The translations under genes and the position numbers were made by a program. Positions 28,648-36,860 of a DNA stretch of 64,000 nucleotides are shown here, piece by piece. Location: IMG/VR virus record IMGVR_UViG_3300028048_000054, one strand, 5' to 3'. The DNA comes from a virus. Lineage: Duplodnaviria; Caudoviricetes. Below the pieces are notes generated by a model. That model was not told the DNA's origin and searched no databases. It saw only the letters and a program-made list of their open reading frames with translations. Within the stretch, counting starts at the first letter, position 1. Every line of letters begins with the position of its first letter.

Positions 28648-30716
28648 TGAAGAAAGTAAATTATTTTTCTGGTATGTCAGTTAAACCTGACGATTTAATG
28701 ACCACACAATCCTTCTTAGAAAGACGGATTGATTCAAATATGAACGTGATAGGCAACCACGGTGTTGTTGTTGGTGCTACAACGCAAACAGGTACTGTGT
28801 TGAACTATCCTTATGTGTGGAATGATAGCACTTCCTTGGGTGTTTATGGTTTAATTGCCTACGATTGTTACGGTAGATTTATTTATGTAGAACCAAAATA
28901 TGATGATTTGGGCGTGAAGATTCCAACAGTATCCAATTTAACTCCAGATGAGAACGGAAAATTAGTAGAGGCTGGGGGTGGCACATTTATATCTAATACC
29001 ACTTACATAATGGTTATTCGTTATGCAGAAGCGTTGGACCCAGACTCTGTAAGACCTAACAGAAGAACTGGGCAACTAGTTCCAGCCCGTATTGATACTG
29101 GGTTTGAATTATATGTTAGAAATGGTGTTGAAAATGTTTTATCTGGTGATGTGATTTTAGCCTATATTACTACTGGGGAGCCACAAGGAACTGGGGACGG
29201 TGGTACTATTGTAAATATTAAGTCTGTTGATGAGTCAAAACGTGACGTATTTGGTTTGAATATTGACTTATTAAGAGCCAATATGGAAAATGAAGCAAAT
29301 GCAGCAGCATTGGGAGACAATCTAACATTTTCCGACCATATTAATATGGTTGGTGGTGGAAAAGTAACACGTACAAATCCACACGGTCTTTCCGCAGCCG
29401 ATTTGAATATTGATATTGCTGCTACTGGGAAACACCAAGAGTATTTGCATAGCAATGGTATTAAAACGAATGATATAAGTTCTACTACTTCAGCACTATG
29501 TCCAAGTAAATTTGTTACTTCTGAAACATCTGAAGAGGAAGTACACGTAGAAGCACTATCAGAAGAAAATAATGAAATTGTTGTTGTAAATGGTACAACA
29601 TTGACCCCATCTGATTTAGGGGACAGATATGTATTAAAATTATCACAATATGCTTCACCAGAAAATGAAGGTTTTTATATTGTTTCTGTAAGTGCTGACG
29701 AAAAGGCTATTGTATTAAGTGGCCCATTTACTAGTGAGTCAGCAGATGGATTTAAAGCAGTATTAACTGATAATAAATATTTACCTATTTGTTCTTTCCA
29801 CTGGGGTAGACCATACTATGTGTACTATACGATGCTACTAGAAAAAGTAACAGGAAGTACCGCAGAAGACCCTGACGAAAGAGAAGAAGATATTTATAAA
29901 ACTTTAACTAACGTACCATCAACGCACGTATTTATTGATAACACAACAACAACGTCAACAACAATTTTAGCAGCAGATGTAGTTGTTCGTGGCGTTGACC
30001 CAGTAACGGGTGTATATACAGGTAGTATTATTAGAGAAACAGAAGGTGGACCACAATATTGGGTAATTTCTAAAACACAAAATTTAGACGAAGAAGATAG
30101 TTATGAGATTGACCCACTGTCCTGGAAAGATAGACGTGTATTTAATAACACAGATTTTAAGGATATTCGCAGAGAAGATTTAGCGGCTATTCGTGATTCA
30201 GCACCATTTTCTAACAATGATGTGACAATCTACTATGCTCGTGTAGAATCAGAAAATCAGTTGTCTTATTTCCCAGTAGGTAATAAAACCTTGTATTTAG
30301 TTTTAGACGGGTACAATTTTGAGTATACTTTTACTGGTGTTAACGAATTAGATAAAGACCAATTATTATCTCAATTAAATAAAGAATTTGCATCCCAAAT
30401 TCCAACAGAGATTAAGCCATTAGCATATATTAATCATAATAAACACTTAACTATAGTTGCGTCCAAATCTATTACAGTTGGTAATGGAACAGCAAATGAT
30501 ATTCTCGGTATTGTGCCGATGACAGACTCTGGAGAGGATGTAAAAACTCTTATGTATGTGGGCGATATGCCAAGTGTGCAAGAGATGTACTATGATGAGT
30601 CTGGTAATTTAACACAAGTGTACTATATTACAGAAGGAAACTACTTACGTTCGCACCTACTGTCTTATAATGGTGACTTTGTAAGTGGAGTTAAAGAAGT
30701 GGTGGAGGTCTACTAA
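28647..30716 (+). CDS. Virion structural protein (baseplate/fibre), paralog B
   Basis: 689 aa; MKKVNYFSGMSVKPDDL, TNPHGLSAADL, HQEYLHSNG and DRRVF shared with paralog A. Confidence 0.55.
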   Translation: MKKVNYFSGMSVKPDDLMTTQSFLERRIDSNMNVIGNHGVVVGATTQTGTVLNYPYVWNDSTSLGVYGLIAYDCYGRFIYVEPKYDDLGVKIPTVSNLTPDENGKLVEAGGGTFISNTTYIMVIRYAEALDPDSVRPNRRTGQLVPARIDTGFELYVRNGVENVLSGDVILAYITTGEPQGTGDGGTIVNIKSVDESKRDVFGLNIDLLRANMENEANAAALGDNLTFSDHINMVGGGKVTRTNPHGLSAADLNIDIAATGKHQEYLHSNGIKTNDISSTTSALCPSKFVTSETSEEEVHVEALSEENNEIVVVNGTTLTPSDLGDRYVLKLSQYASPENEGFYIVSVSADEKAIVLSGPFTSESADGFKAVLTDNKYLPICSFHWGRPYYVYYTMLLEKVTGSTAEDPDEREEDIYKTLTNVPSTHVFIDNTTTTSTTILAADVVVRGVDPVTGVYTGSIIRETEGGPQYWVISKTQNLDEEDSYEIDPLSWKDRRVFNNTDFKDIRREDLAAIRDSAPFSNNDVTIYYARVESENQLSYFPVGNKTLYLVLDGYNFEYTFTGVNELDKDQLLSQLNKEFASQIPTEIKPLAYINHNKHLTIVASKSITVGNGTANDILGIVPMTDSGEDVKTLMYVGDMPSVQEMYYDESGNLTQVYYITEGNYLRSHLLSYNGDFVSGVKEVVEVY

Positions 30717-31579
30717 TGGATTCCATAATTCTAGCAACTGCCATTAAGTTGTATAAAAAACTTATCTCATTTATTACTGATTACCAAAGTGATTTATTTG
30801 GTACAGGTAAAGAAAGTATTTTTATTGGTACAGAAGATTCAGAAGTTCCAGCAGGATATACTTTATGGCAAGTAGGGGCAAACAATACTTATACTTTAGA
30901 CTCAGCAACAGTTCCACAATTTAATAACATTACTATAGATAGTAATTGTAATTTGACATCAAATGCACACTATCTATTCTTATATGTGAAAGATACATTA
31001 AGAATTAAAATTGGTGGAAGACTTCATTTAGATGCTAAGGGTGTTCCATCCTATTCTTTTTCACCATTTTTGCCACGTGCTGCTGCTGGTCGTTCTACCC
31101 CTGCATATACAGCAGCGTGCCTACGATTATTTATGAGTGGAAGAGATGTACGAACACCATTTGATTTAAGTGTAACTGGAAGTAATGCACCAGCGGGTAC
31201 AAACGGTATTGCAGGTGCTGGTAATGTGGGTGGTAGTGGTGGTGTTGTTTGTTTATTCCACGCTAATGATGGACTTGTAAGTTATAACACTAACTCTGGA
31301 TTATATGGTGGAATTTCTACAGATTTTGTTACAGCCAATGGTGGAGCAACAGGTGCCAACGGCGGTGGTATGCTTTTTGTATTTGCCCATAAAATTGTTA
31401 TAGAAACTAATGATGAAACTGCTCACGGTACAATTTCTGCTAATGGTGGAGACGGTTTAGGTGTACGCAGTTATATTAATAGTAACCCAGGTGGACCAGC
31501 AGACAACCCAACAGGTGTCCAAAATGCTGATTTTGGTGGTGGCGGTGTAGTTCATCACGTAGAATTGGATGTGATTTAA
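30716..31579 (+). CDS. Glycine-rich virion protein, paralog 1
   Basis: 287 aa; LYVKDTLRI...LHLDAKG, GGSGGVVCLF, GGGMLFVFAHKIVI, GTISANGG, FGGGGVV. Confidence 0.55.
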   Translation: MDSIILATAIKLYKKLISFITDYQSDLFGTGKESIFIGTEDSEVPAGYTLWQVGANNTYTLDSATVPQFNNITIDSNCNLTSNAHYLFLYVKDTLRIKIGGRLHLDAKGVPSYSFSPFLPRAAAGRSTPAYTAACLRLFMSGRDVRTPFDLSVTGSNAPAGTNGIAGAGNVGGSGGVVCLFHANDGLVSYNTNSGLYGGISTDFVTANGGATGANGGGMLFVFAHKIVIETNDETAHGTISANGGDGLGVRSYINSNPGGPADNPTGVQNADFGGGGVVHHVELDVI

Positions 31580-32628
31580 TGAGAGATGCTACAATACAGT
31601 ATTTACAAAAATCATTGTCAATCATAGATGGTTTAAAGATTGATGGAAAGAAATCAACACTGTTTGGAGAAAGTGGTGTTGATTTGGTTTTTACTCGTTC
31701 AGGTGTTTTTACCGAATTATCAAATCCATATACAGCAAATGGTTTGTTAGAGTATAGAAATGTGACTATACCAGAGGGTGTTAGTATTCAAGGGAATACA
31801 TTTTATGGGGGTGACGTTAGTGGTAGTAGACCGTTTTATTTAAAAGTAAATGGAACTCTTACAGTTAATGGTAAATTAAATATGGACGGTTTAGGACAAC
31901 AGGGATTTAGTGATGGTGTTAAGAGTAACCACGATGCCTATTATTCAGAAAATTTTAATGATTTAGGATACACATTGCCTGTTGTTGGAAATGGTGGGCA
32001 ACTATCATATAAGAATTGGAAAAATTTATATGATTATGGTCTAGTACACTCTTTTTTGAGTCCCAAAACTTGTTTAGTTGGTGCTGGGAGTGGGATGTCA
32101 AATAAGTATAAAAAGAAATCTTCTCGTAAATACTATTATAGGCACTCACAACGCTCAACTGCTTTGAATAGTAGTGGTTTTGTGTGGGATATGAATGACC
32201 GTACTGGTAGTGGTGGGGGGTTTCTTGCTTTGTATTATGAAAATTTAGACTACCAAGGACCTACTTGGAACGGGTACCCAACGAATATAAATTGTAATGG
32301 TGGTGGAACATATTGGGGTGCTGGTCATACGCGCGACCCTTGGTGGGGTGGTGGTTGTATGATTATTGCAGCCAAAAATATTGTTGTAGGTCCAAAAGGT
32401 TCGATAACTTGTAACCCCTGTCAGGCATCACATAGGTCTGTAACGGGCAACTTTTATTTGTATGATTCAGATAATAATTCTGGTGGGATTTCATACTTAA
32501 ATAGATATGCTGCCAGAGATATTGATTATGCGTTTGGTTCTTTTCGTAGTATGGACGCAAAATCTGGTGGCGGTGGTGTTTGTCTAGGATATAAAGTTTC
32601 ACAAGTATTTAGAGAGCAGAACAGATGA
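31579..32628 (+). CDS. Glycine-rich virion protein, paralog 2
   Basis: 349 aa; YLKVNGTLTVNGKLNMDG, GSGGGFLALY, GGGCMIIAAKNIVVGPKGSI, SGGGGVC. Confidence 0.55.
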   Translation: MRDATIQYLQKSLSIIDGLKIDGKKSTLFGESGVDLVFTRSGVFTELSNPYTANGLLEYRNVTIPEGVSIQGNTFYGGDVSGSRPFYLKVNGTLTVNGKLNMDGLGQQGFSDGVKSNHDAYYSENFNDLGYTLPVVGNGGQLSYKNWKNLYDYGLVHSFLSPKTCLVGAGSGMSNKYKKKSSRKYYYRHSQRSTALNSSGFVWDMNDRTGSGGGFLALYYENLDYQGPTWNGYPTNINCNGGGTYWGAGHTRDPWWGGGCMIIAAKNIVVGPKGSITCNPCQASHRSVTGNFYLYDSDNNSGGISYLNRYAARDIDYAFGSFRSMDAKSGGGGVCLGYKVSQVFREQNR

Positions 32629-33890
32629 AGATAGCATCATTTAACGAGATTAATAGATGTATTCAGAAAGTAAATAAATTAACCAGTTCTGGTAGATTAT
32701 CCTTATTTGGACGTGGTACAGATAATGTTGTCATTAATAGTAATACAATTCCAAATGGCCAGACTTTAATGGATTATTATCTGTATCAATACCCAAATGC
32801 TGAACTTCCATTAGAGTTTGGTAATTTGACTATTAATAATGGTGCTAATGTAAAAGTAACTGATGTAAAAACTGATGAAGATGGAAATCAAATCAATGGC
32901 TCACAAGTTGCTTATCTGAAAGTAAATGGAACTTTGACCGTGAATGGACACCTGCATATGGATAATGCGGGTGGATACTTTACTAGTAATACAGGAACAA
33001 TTATAACTGACTCAGAAGATTATCCAATATACAATAACAATTTTGCGTACAATTCATTTAATAATTTATCATTACCACAAGTAGCACAGACTGGGTCGTG
33101 TACAAATGAATTATGGTCACGCTTAACCAACTATGGTATTCAAGAAACATTTTTTACTGGTACTACAGCATTAACAGGTGCTGGAGGTTCTGGTCATACA
33201 AGATTTCAATATGATTATTGGGTAGATGAGGAGACAGGGGTTGCTTGTGAGTCTCCGTGGGATGATGAAACATACCCAAAAATTAACCCATACTGCAATT
33301 CTGGAACACGAAGATGGGGATACTATAGGCGGTATAAGGGACAATATAAGTGGTTTTGGAACTCTGGTGGGTATAACGCATACAAAGAAAAAGTAATCGC
33401 AAACACTGAAAAAGTCCAAAAATTCCAATATGAGACTCGTGGTGCAATCTCCAATTCTTGTTTATCTGGTAGTGGAGACTATAATCTAATACCAAAAACT
33501 ACTGTTGATGGTAAAATTAGCATTGGCGGCGGTGGCGGTGGATTTATTGCCATTTATGGAGAGTCTCTAGTTAATAGAGGACCACACTGGTTAGAGGGGA
33601 ATATTCGCAGACCATTAAATGTTCACGCTAATGGTGGTACTGAACTTTTACAAAATGTAGAGCCAGAACAAGAAATTAGAGGTGGCGGTGGGTTGATAAT
33701 TTCTGCTAAAAGAGTTGTAATCGGTCCTTATGGTTCAATTACGGCAGATGGTGGTAATGGTCAAGGACTTATGACACTTTTAAATCGTCCACCATACACA
33801 GGATTATATACTTATAATAATGGCTCTCCAGCGGTATACACCGACACATTAAGTGGGGGAGCAGGGTACGCTCAATTTTTTCAAAGATAA
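32625..33890 (+). CDS. Glycine-rich virion protein, paralog 3
   Basis: 421 aa; YLKVNGTLTVNGHLHMD, GGGGGGFIAIY, GGGGLIISAKRVVIGPYGSITADGG, SGGAGY. Confidence 0.55.
   Translation: MKIASFNEINRCIQKVNKLTSSGRLSLFGRGTDNVVINSNTIPNGQTLMDYYLYQYPNAELPLEFGNLTINNGANVKVTDVKTDEDGNQINGSQVAYLKVNGTLTVNGHLHMDNAGGYFTSNTGTIITDSEDYPIYNNNFAYNSFNNLSLPQVAQTGSCTNELWSRLTNYGIQETFFTGTTALTGAGGSGHTRFQYDYWVDEETGVACESPWDDETYPKINPYCNSGTRRWGYYRRYKGQYKWFWNSGGYNAYKEKVIANTEKVQKFQYETRGAISNSCLSGSGDYNLIPKTTVDGKISIGGGGGGFIAIYGESLVNRGPHWLEGNIRRPLNVHANGGTELLQNVEPEQEIRGGGGLIISAKRVVIGPYGSITADGGNGQGLMTLLNRPPYTGLYTYNNGSPAVYTDTLSGGAGYAQFFQR
33834..33855 (+). promoter_or_regulatory. Candidate late promoter motif, copy 4 (inside 3' end of upstream CDS)
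   Basis: GTATACACCGACACATTAAGTG; both conserved halves with the same spacing, ~80 nt before the 33937 start. Confidence 0.5.
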
Positions 33891-33893
33891 TAC

Positions 33894-33922
33894 TTGACAA
33901 AATACACAAAATTTGATATAAT
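33894..33922 (+). promoter_or_regulatory. Sigma70-type promoter heading the radical SAM operon
   Basis: TTGACA (33894-33899), 17 nt, TATAAT (33917-33922), with TG extended -10. Confidence 0.85.
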
Positions 33923-33936
33923 CAATAGGTAGGAAT

Positions 33937-34422
33937 ATGGAAACAACGAAAACGCTCGATGCAATAAATGATTCAAGGCAGACTGAACCTGGTGTTTATG
34001 TTTGGGGTAAATTTACTCCAGATACAGAGGGCACAGGGTTTCAAGATTTACCAGTATTAAGTGCTCCTAAAGCAACAGACACTATGGCGGTTGATAATGG
34101 TGGTGCTACTCTATGCCAATGTGAGTTAAGTACGATTGCTGCATTGAGAACTGGTGATATTGCAACTTCAACGGCTACAAACTTCAATTCATTAAATGGT
34201 GATGTTATGTACTACTTTATTAACTCTGTTGCAGACACGACACAAAATGCGCCTGAAAATGTTACTGCTGGTTGGTTTGTTCAAGTATTCAGAAGTGGAA
34301 ACTATATTATGCAAATTGCTTACCGTGTAGATAATCCATCTAGACAGTACCTTCGTGGGTATAACGGAAGTGTGTGGTCTACTTGGGCGTTCCCATTCGG
34401 TTCTTGGTTCCCAGGTAATTAA
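33937..34422 (+). CDS. Small protein with pyocin-knob-like C-terminal domain
   Basis: NAPENVTAGWFVQVFRSGNYIMQIAY...QYLRGYNGSVWSTW matches the fibre knob pattern. Confidence 0.6.
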   Translation: METTKTLDAINDSRQTEPGVYVWGKFTPDTEGTGFQDLPVLSAPKATDTMAVDNGGATLCQCELSTIAALRTGDIATSTATNFNSLNGDVMYYFINSVADTTQNAPENVTAGWFVQVFRSGNYIMQIAYRVDNPSRQYLRGYNGSVWSTWAFPFGSWFPGN

Positions 34423-35111
34423 TGAGGATTTGTATGAACGAAATTGTTATTGATAAGACAGGACTTGAAGTAGAAAATTTAGATTTAGAAAGTGCTGTAA
34501 AAATTATTTATAAAGTAGATGATAAAGATTTTATGATTAAACATCTTACTGAATTAAATAATTTTGAGTTAAAGAAACAGGAAGAAAAGAATCCAATTGA
34601 AGTACATCTAAATTTTAAATATTTGTCTTTTGATACAAGATTGGAAATTTTAAGATGGGCACTGACAAAAGAAGACTTAATTGATGCTTCACTTGTATTA
34701 AATATTTTTAACTTAATTAAAGGTTACAGCACATTTGATAAGACATTCTTTGATTCAGAAGAAGTAATGTTCAATAAAGCAACAGAGTTTTTAGATTTTA
34801 AGCGCAAATTAGCAACAGAGCGTTCAAAGTTTTTAAGAGAATTGGCTCGTTACTATTTTTCTGCCATTAAGTCTTGTGGAATTGTGGAATATGCCGTAGA
34901 CAACCCACCTTTGATTATACCCTTTGTATATCAAAGAATACTATTAATTTCTGATTTTATTACAATGTCAAATATGCTTTGCGATATTGTTGAAGTTAAT
35001 AATTTGGTAAATGTAGCCAATGCAAGATTTTTTATTGATTCAATGTCTACAAAGAACTCAATAGCAAATATTTTTATTAAAAGTTTAGGAGTACAAGATG
35101 GGCTATCCTAA
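34422..35111 (+). CDS. Hypothetical protein in rSAM operon (possible start 34434)
   Basis: 229 aa, helical, no recognised motif; overlaps both neighbours. Confidence 0.55.
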   Translation: MRICMNEIVIDKTGLEVENLDLESAVKIIYKVDDKDFMIKHLTELNNFELKKQEEKNPIEVHLNFKYLSFDTRLEILRWALTKEDLIDASLVLNIFNLIKGYSTFDKTFFDSEEVMFNKATEFLDFKRKLATERSKFLRELARYYFSAIKSCGIVEYAVDNPPLIIPFVYQRILLISDFITMSNMLCDIVEVNNLVNVANARFFIDSMSTKNSIANIFIKSLGVQDGLS

Positions 35112-35796
35112 TGTTACTGTTACATACGGGACTTTAATGACAAATACATTGAATACTATTTTGTCATTAGTTCAAAATGCTGATTCTACAACTGAAGACC
35201 ATTATTCAGCAAATGTTCCAGCAGAATTTAAACCAGGATACAGAAACACAATTTCCTTTAAACGTCCTGGGTATTCTGGTCAAAACCCAGATTTATTAAA
35301 GTATATGTACTATTATATGGACAGGGTAGCAGATACACATTTAGCCACAACAACAGCATCAACAATTACAGCAGAGTTTAATGCTTTTATGGCAGCCCGT
35401 GGTGTCACAGCAAACTCATCAAAAGTAGTAAATACTCGTGGACTTATTAATTTTTATAATAATGTGGCCTCGTTCATTAGTAAAAAACTAATTCTCGTAA
35501 CATCTCAATTAAACTCAACAGAAGTAATCTTTTATGACCCAGTAGTATATGACCCAAGTGAGTATCCAAGTGTAACAACGTATGATGGTTCATCAAATGA
35601 TGCTATAAGTGGTCAAGATGTAAACGAGGTACTAACAACTTTAAGAGATACAATAAATAATGTGTCCCGTGTTGAAATTGTTAGATATGCTATAAGTTAT
35701 ACTTCTAGTTCTTGTAGTTCATCTAGTTCAAGTTCTAGTTCTAGTTGTTCTTGTTCTAGTTCTAGTAGTATTTTTATAGGATGGTGGAAGATATAG
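35098..35796 (+). CDS. Ser/Cys-tailed protein 1, candidate rSAM substrate
   Basis: 232 aa, AGGAG SD; ends TSSSC-S10-CSC-S5-IFIGWWKI; paralog of the next gene. Confidence 0.75.
   Translation: MGYPNVTVTYGTLMTNTLNTILSLVQNADSTTEDHYSANVPAEFKPGYRNTISFKRPGYSGQNPDLLKYMYYYMDRVADTHLATTTASTITAEFNAFMAARGVTANSSKVVNTRGLINFYNNVASFISKKLILVTSQLNSTEVIFYDPVVYDPSEYPSVTTYDGSSNDAISGQDVNEVLTTLRDTINNVSRVEIVRYAISYTSSSCSSSSSSSSSSCSCSSSSSIFIGWWKI
35722..35794 (+). repeat. 73-bp exact direct repeat, copy 1
   Basis: TCTAGTTCAAGTTCTAGTTCTAGTTGTTCTTGTTCTAGTTCTAGTAGTATTTTTATAGGATGGTGGAAGATAT, identical to 36419-36491. Confidence 0.9.
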
Positions 35797-35797
35797 T

Positions 35798-36493
35798 ATG
35801 CCAATAGTTAATCATAAACCAATTACATATGATGATTTAGTTACAACTACACTTAGTCATATTCTTTCAATTGTTCAAAATGCCGACCCAAATACTGTTG
35901 ACCATTATGCGGCATCAGTTCCAGCAGAGTTTAAACCAGGATATGTCGTCTCAGACGCACTTCCTTGTACAGAAGCAGCAAGTCAAGAGATATTGCAGGG
36001 GTATCAGGCAGTCTATTCTCTTCCAGCAGATGTCAACTTGAGTGCCACGACACAATCGAAGATTAGTTCAGATTTTATTTCTTTTATGACTAGCCGTGGT
36101 ATTTATAAATCTGGTACCACTGAAATCACAGCCAAAGGAATATTAAATTTTTATAATAATGTGGCCGCCTTTATTTCAGCAAAACTTATTATTGTTACGT
36201 CAAATAGAAATTCAACAGAGTGTGTATTTTATGATGCTAATGATAATATTGTTATTCCAACTGTACCACAATCACTTGATAACAATACAACGGCCATTAC
36301 TAATGCGAACATAAACGATTTGTTATCAAATTTAATGAGTACCGTAAACAATGTATCAAAAATGTATATTGCAACATACAATATTGTGGTTGGGTGCTCT
36401 AGTTCAAGTTCCTGTAGTTCTAGTTCAAGTTCTAGTTCTAGTTGTTCTTGTTCTAGTTCTAGTAGTATTTTTATAGGATGGTGGAAGATATGA
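35798..36493 (+). CDS. Ser/Cys-tailed protein 2, candidate rSAM substrate
   Basis: 231 aa; ends GC-S5-C-S9-CSC-S5-IFIGWWKI; shares VQNAD, VPAEFKPGY and NFYNNVAxFIS blocks with protein 1. Confidence 0.75.
   Translation: MPIVNHKPITYDDLVTTTLSHILSIVQNADPNTVDHYAASVPAEFKPGYVVSDALPCTEAASQEILQGYQAVYSLPADVNLSATTQSKISSDFISFMTSRGIYKSGTTEITAKGILNFYNNVAAFISAKLIIVTSNRNSTECVFYDANDNIVIPTVPQSLDNNTTAITNANINDLLSNLMSTVNNVSKMYIATYNIVVGCSSSSSCSSSSSSSSSCSCSSSSSIFIGWWKI
36419..36491 (+). repeat. 73-bp exact direct repeat, copy 2
   Basis: Identical to 35722-35794. Confidence 0.9.
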
Positions 36494-36837
36494 TAGATGT
36501 TCTTTTTGAAAAACTTTATGAGTTACAAGAGAGTATTGAAAATGTAGCCATACAGATTATGGCCGCAATTAAGGCCGAGTTAGAGCCATTACCAAACCAA
36601 ACATTGATGTTCGAAGAAGCATATGCAAAACCTGTAATTTATACACATAAAAATGACGATGACCAGTATGAAGTAAAAGTATGCTTTATTAATGGTGCAA
36701 AGGTTGTTGACAATACTCTATTTATTTTGTATAATAATGTTGAAGAGAATGGCGAAGATGGACAAATTGATGTAAACAATTTAAGTTTAGAAAACGCCAT
36801 TATTTGTTTTGAAGCAATTAAAAACAATTTGAAATAG
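36490..36837 (+). CDS. Small acidic hypothetical protein in rSAM operon
   Basis: Start refined to ATG 36490 (ATGA overlap with the upstream stop); ~115 aa, acidic, no recognised motif. Confidence 0.55.
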   Translation: MIDVLFEKLYELQESIENVAIQIMAAIKAELEPLPNQTLMFEEAYAKPVIYTHKNDDDQYEVKVCFINGAKVVDNTLFILYNNVEENGEDGQIDVNNLSLENAIICFEAIKNNLK

Positions 36838-36860
36838 TAGACTTATCTACTTGATTTGAT

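Noticed and set aside
1318-33890. Extracellular contractile injection system or tailocin instead of a phage
   Set aside because: The tail genes are contiguous with a neck gene and a full phage-type replication/recombination module, with no host housekeeping context.
35700-36470. Ser-codon TCTAGT runs as a CRISPR array, microsatellite or sequencing artefact
   Set aside because: There are no spacers or cas genes. The runs are in frame, use mixed codons, are punctuated by Cys codons and end in the same peptide in two genes.
35722-36491. 73-bp repeat pair as a diversity-generating retroelement TR/VR
   Set aside because: The copies are identical (no adenine-specific mismatches), both are coding gene ends, and no reverse transcriptase is present in the window.
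36836-36851. AGTAGA-CTTA-TCTACT hairpin between the substrate and enzyme genes as an attenuator
   Set aside because: Only a 6-bp AT-rich stem without a good U-tract; too weak to call.
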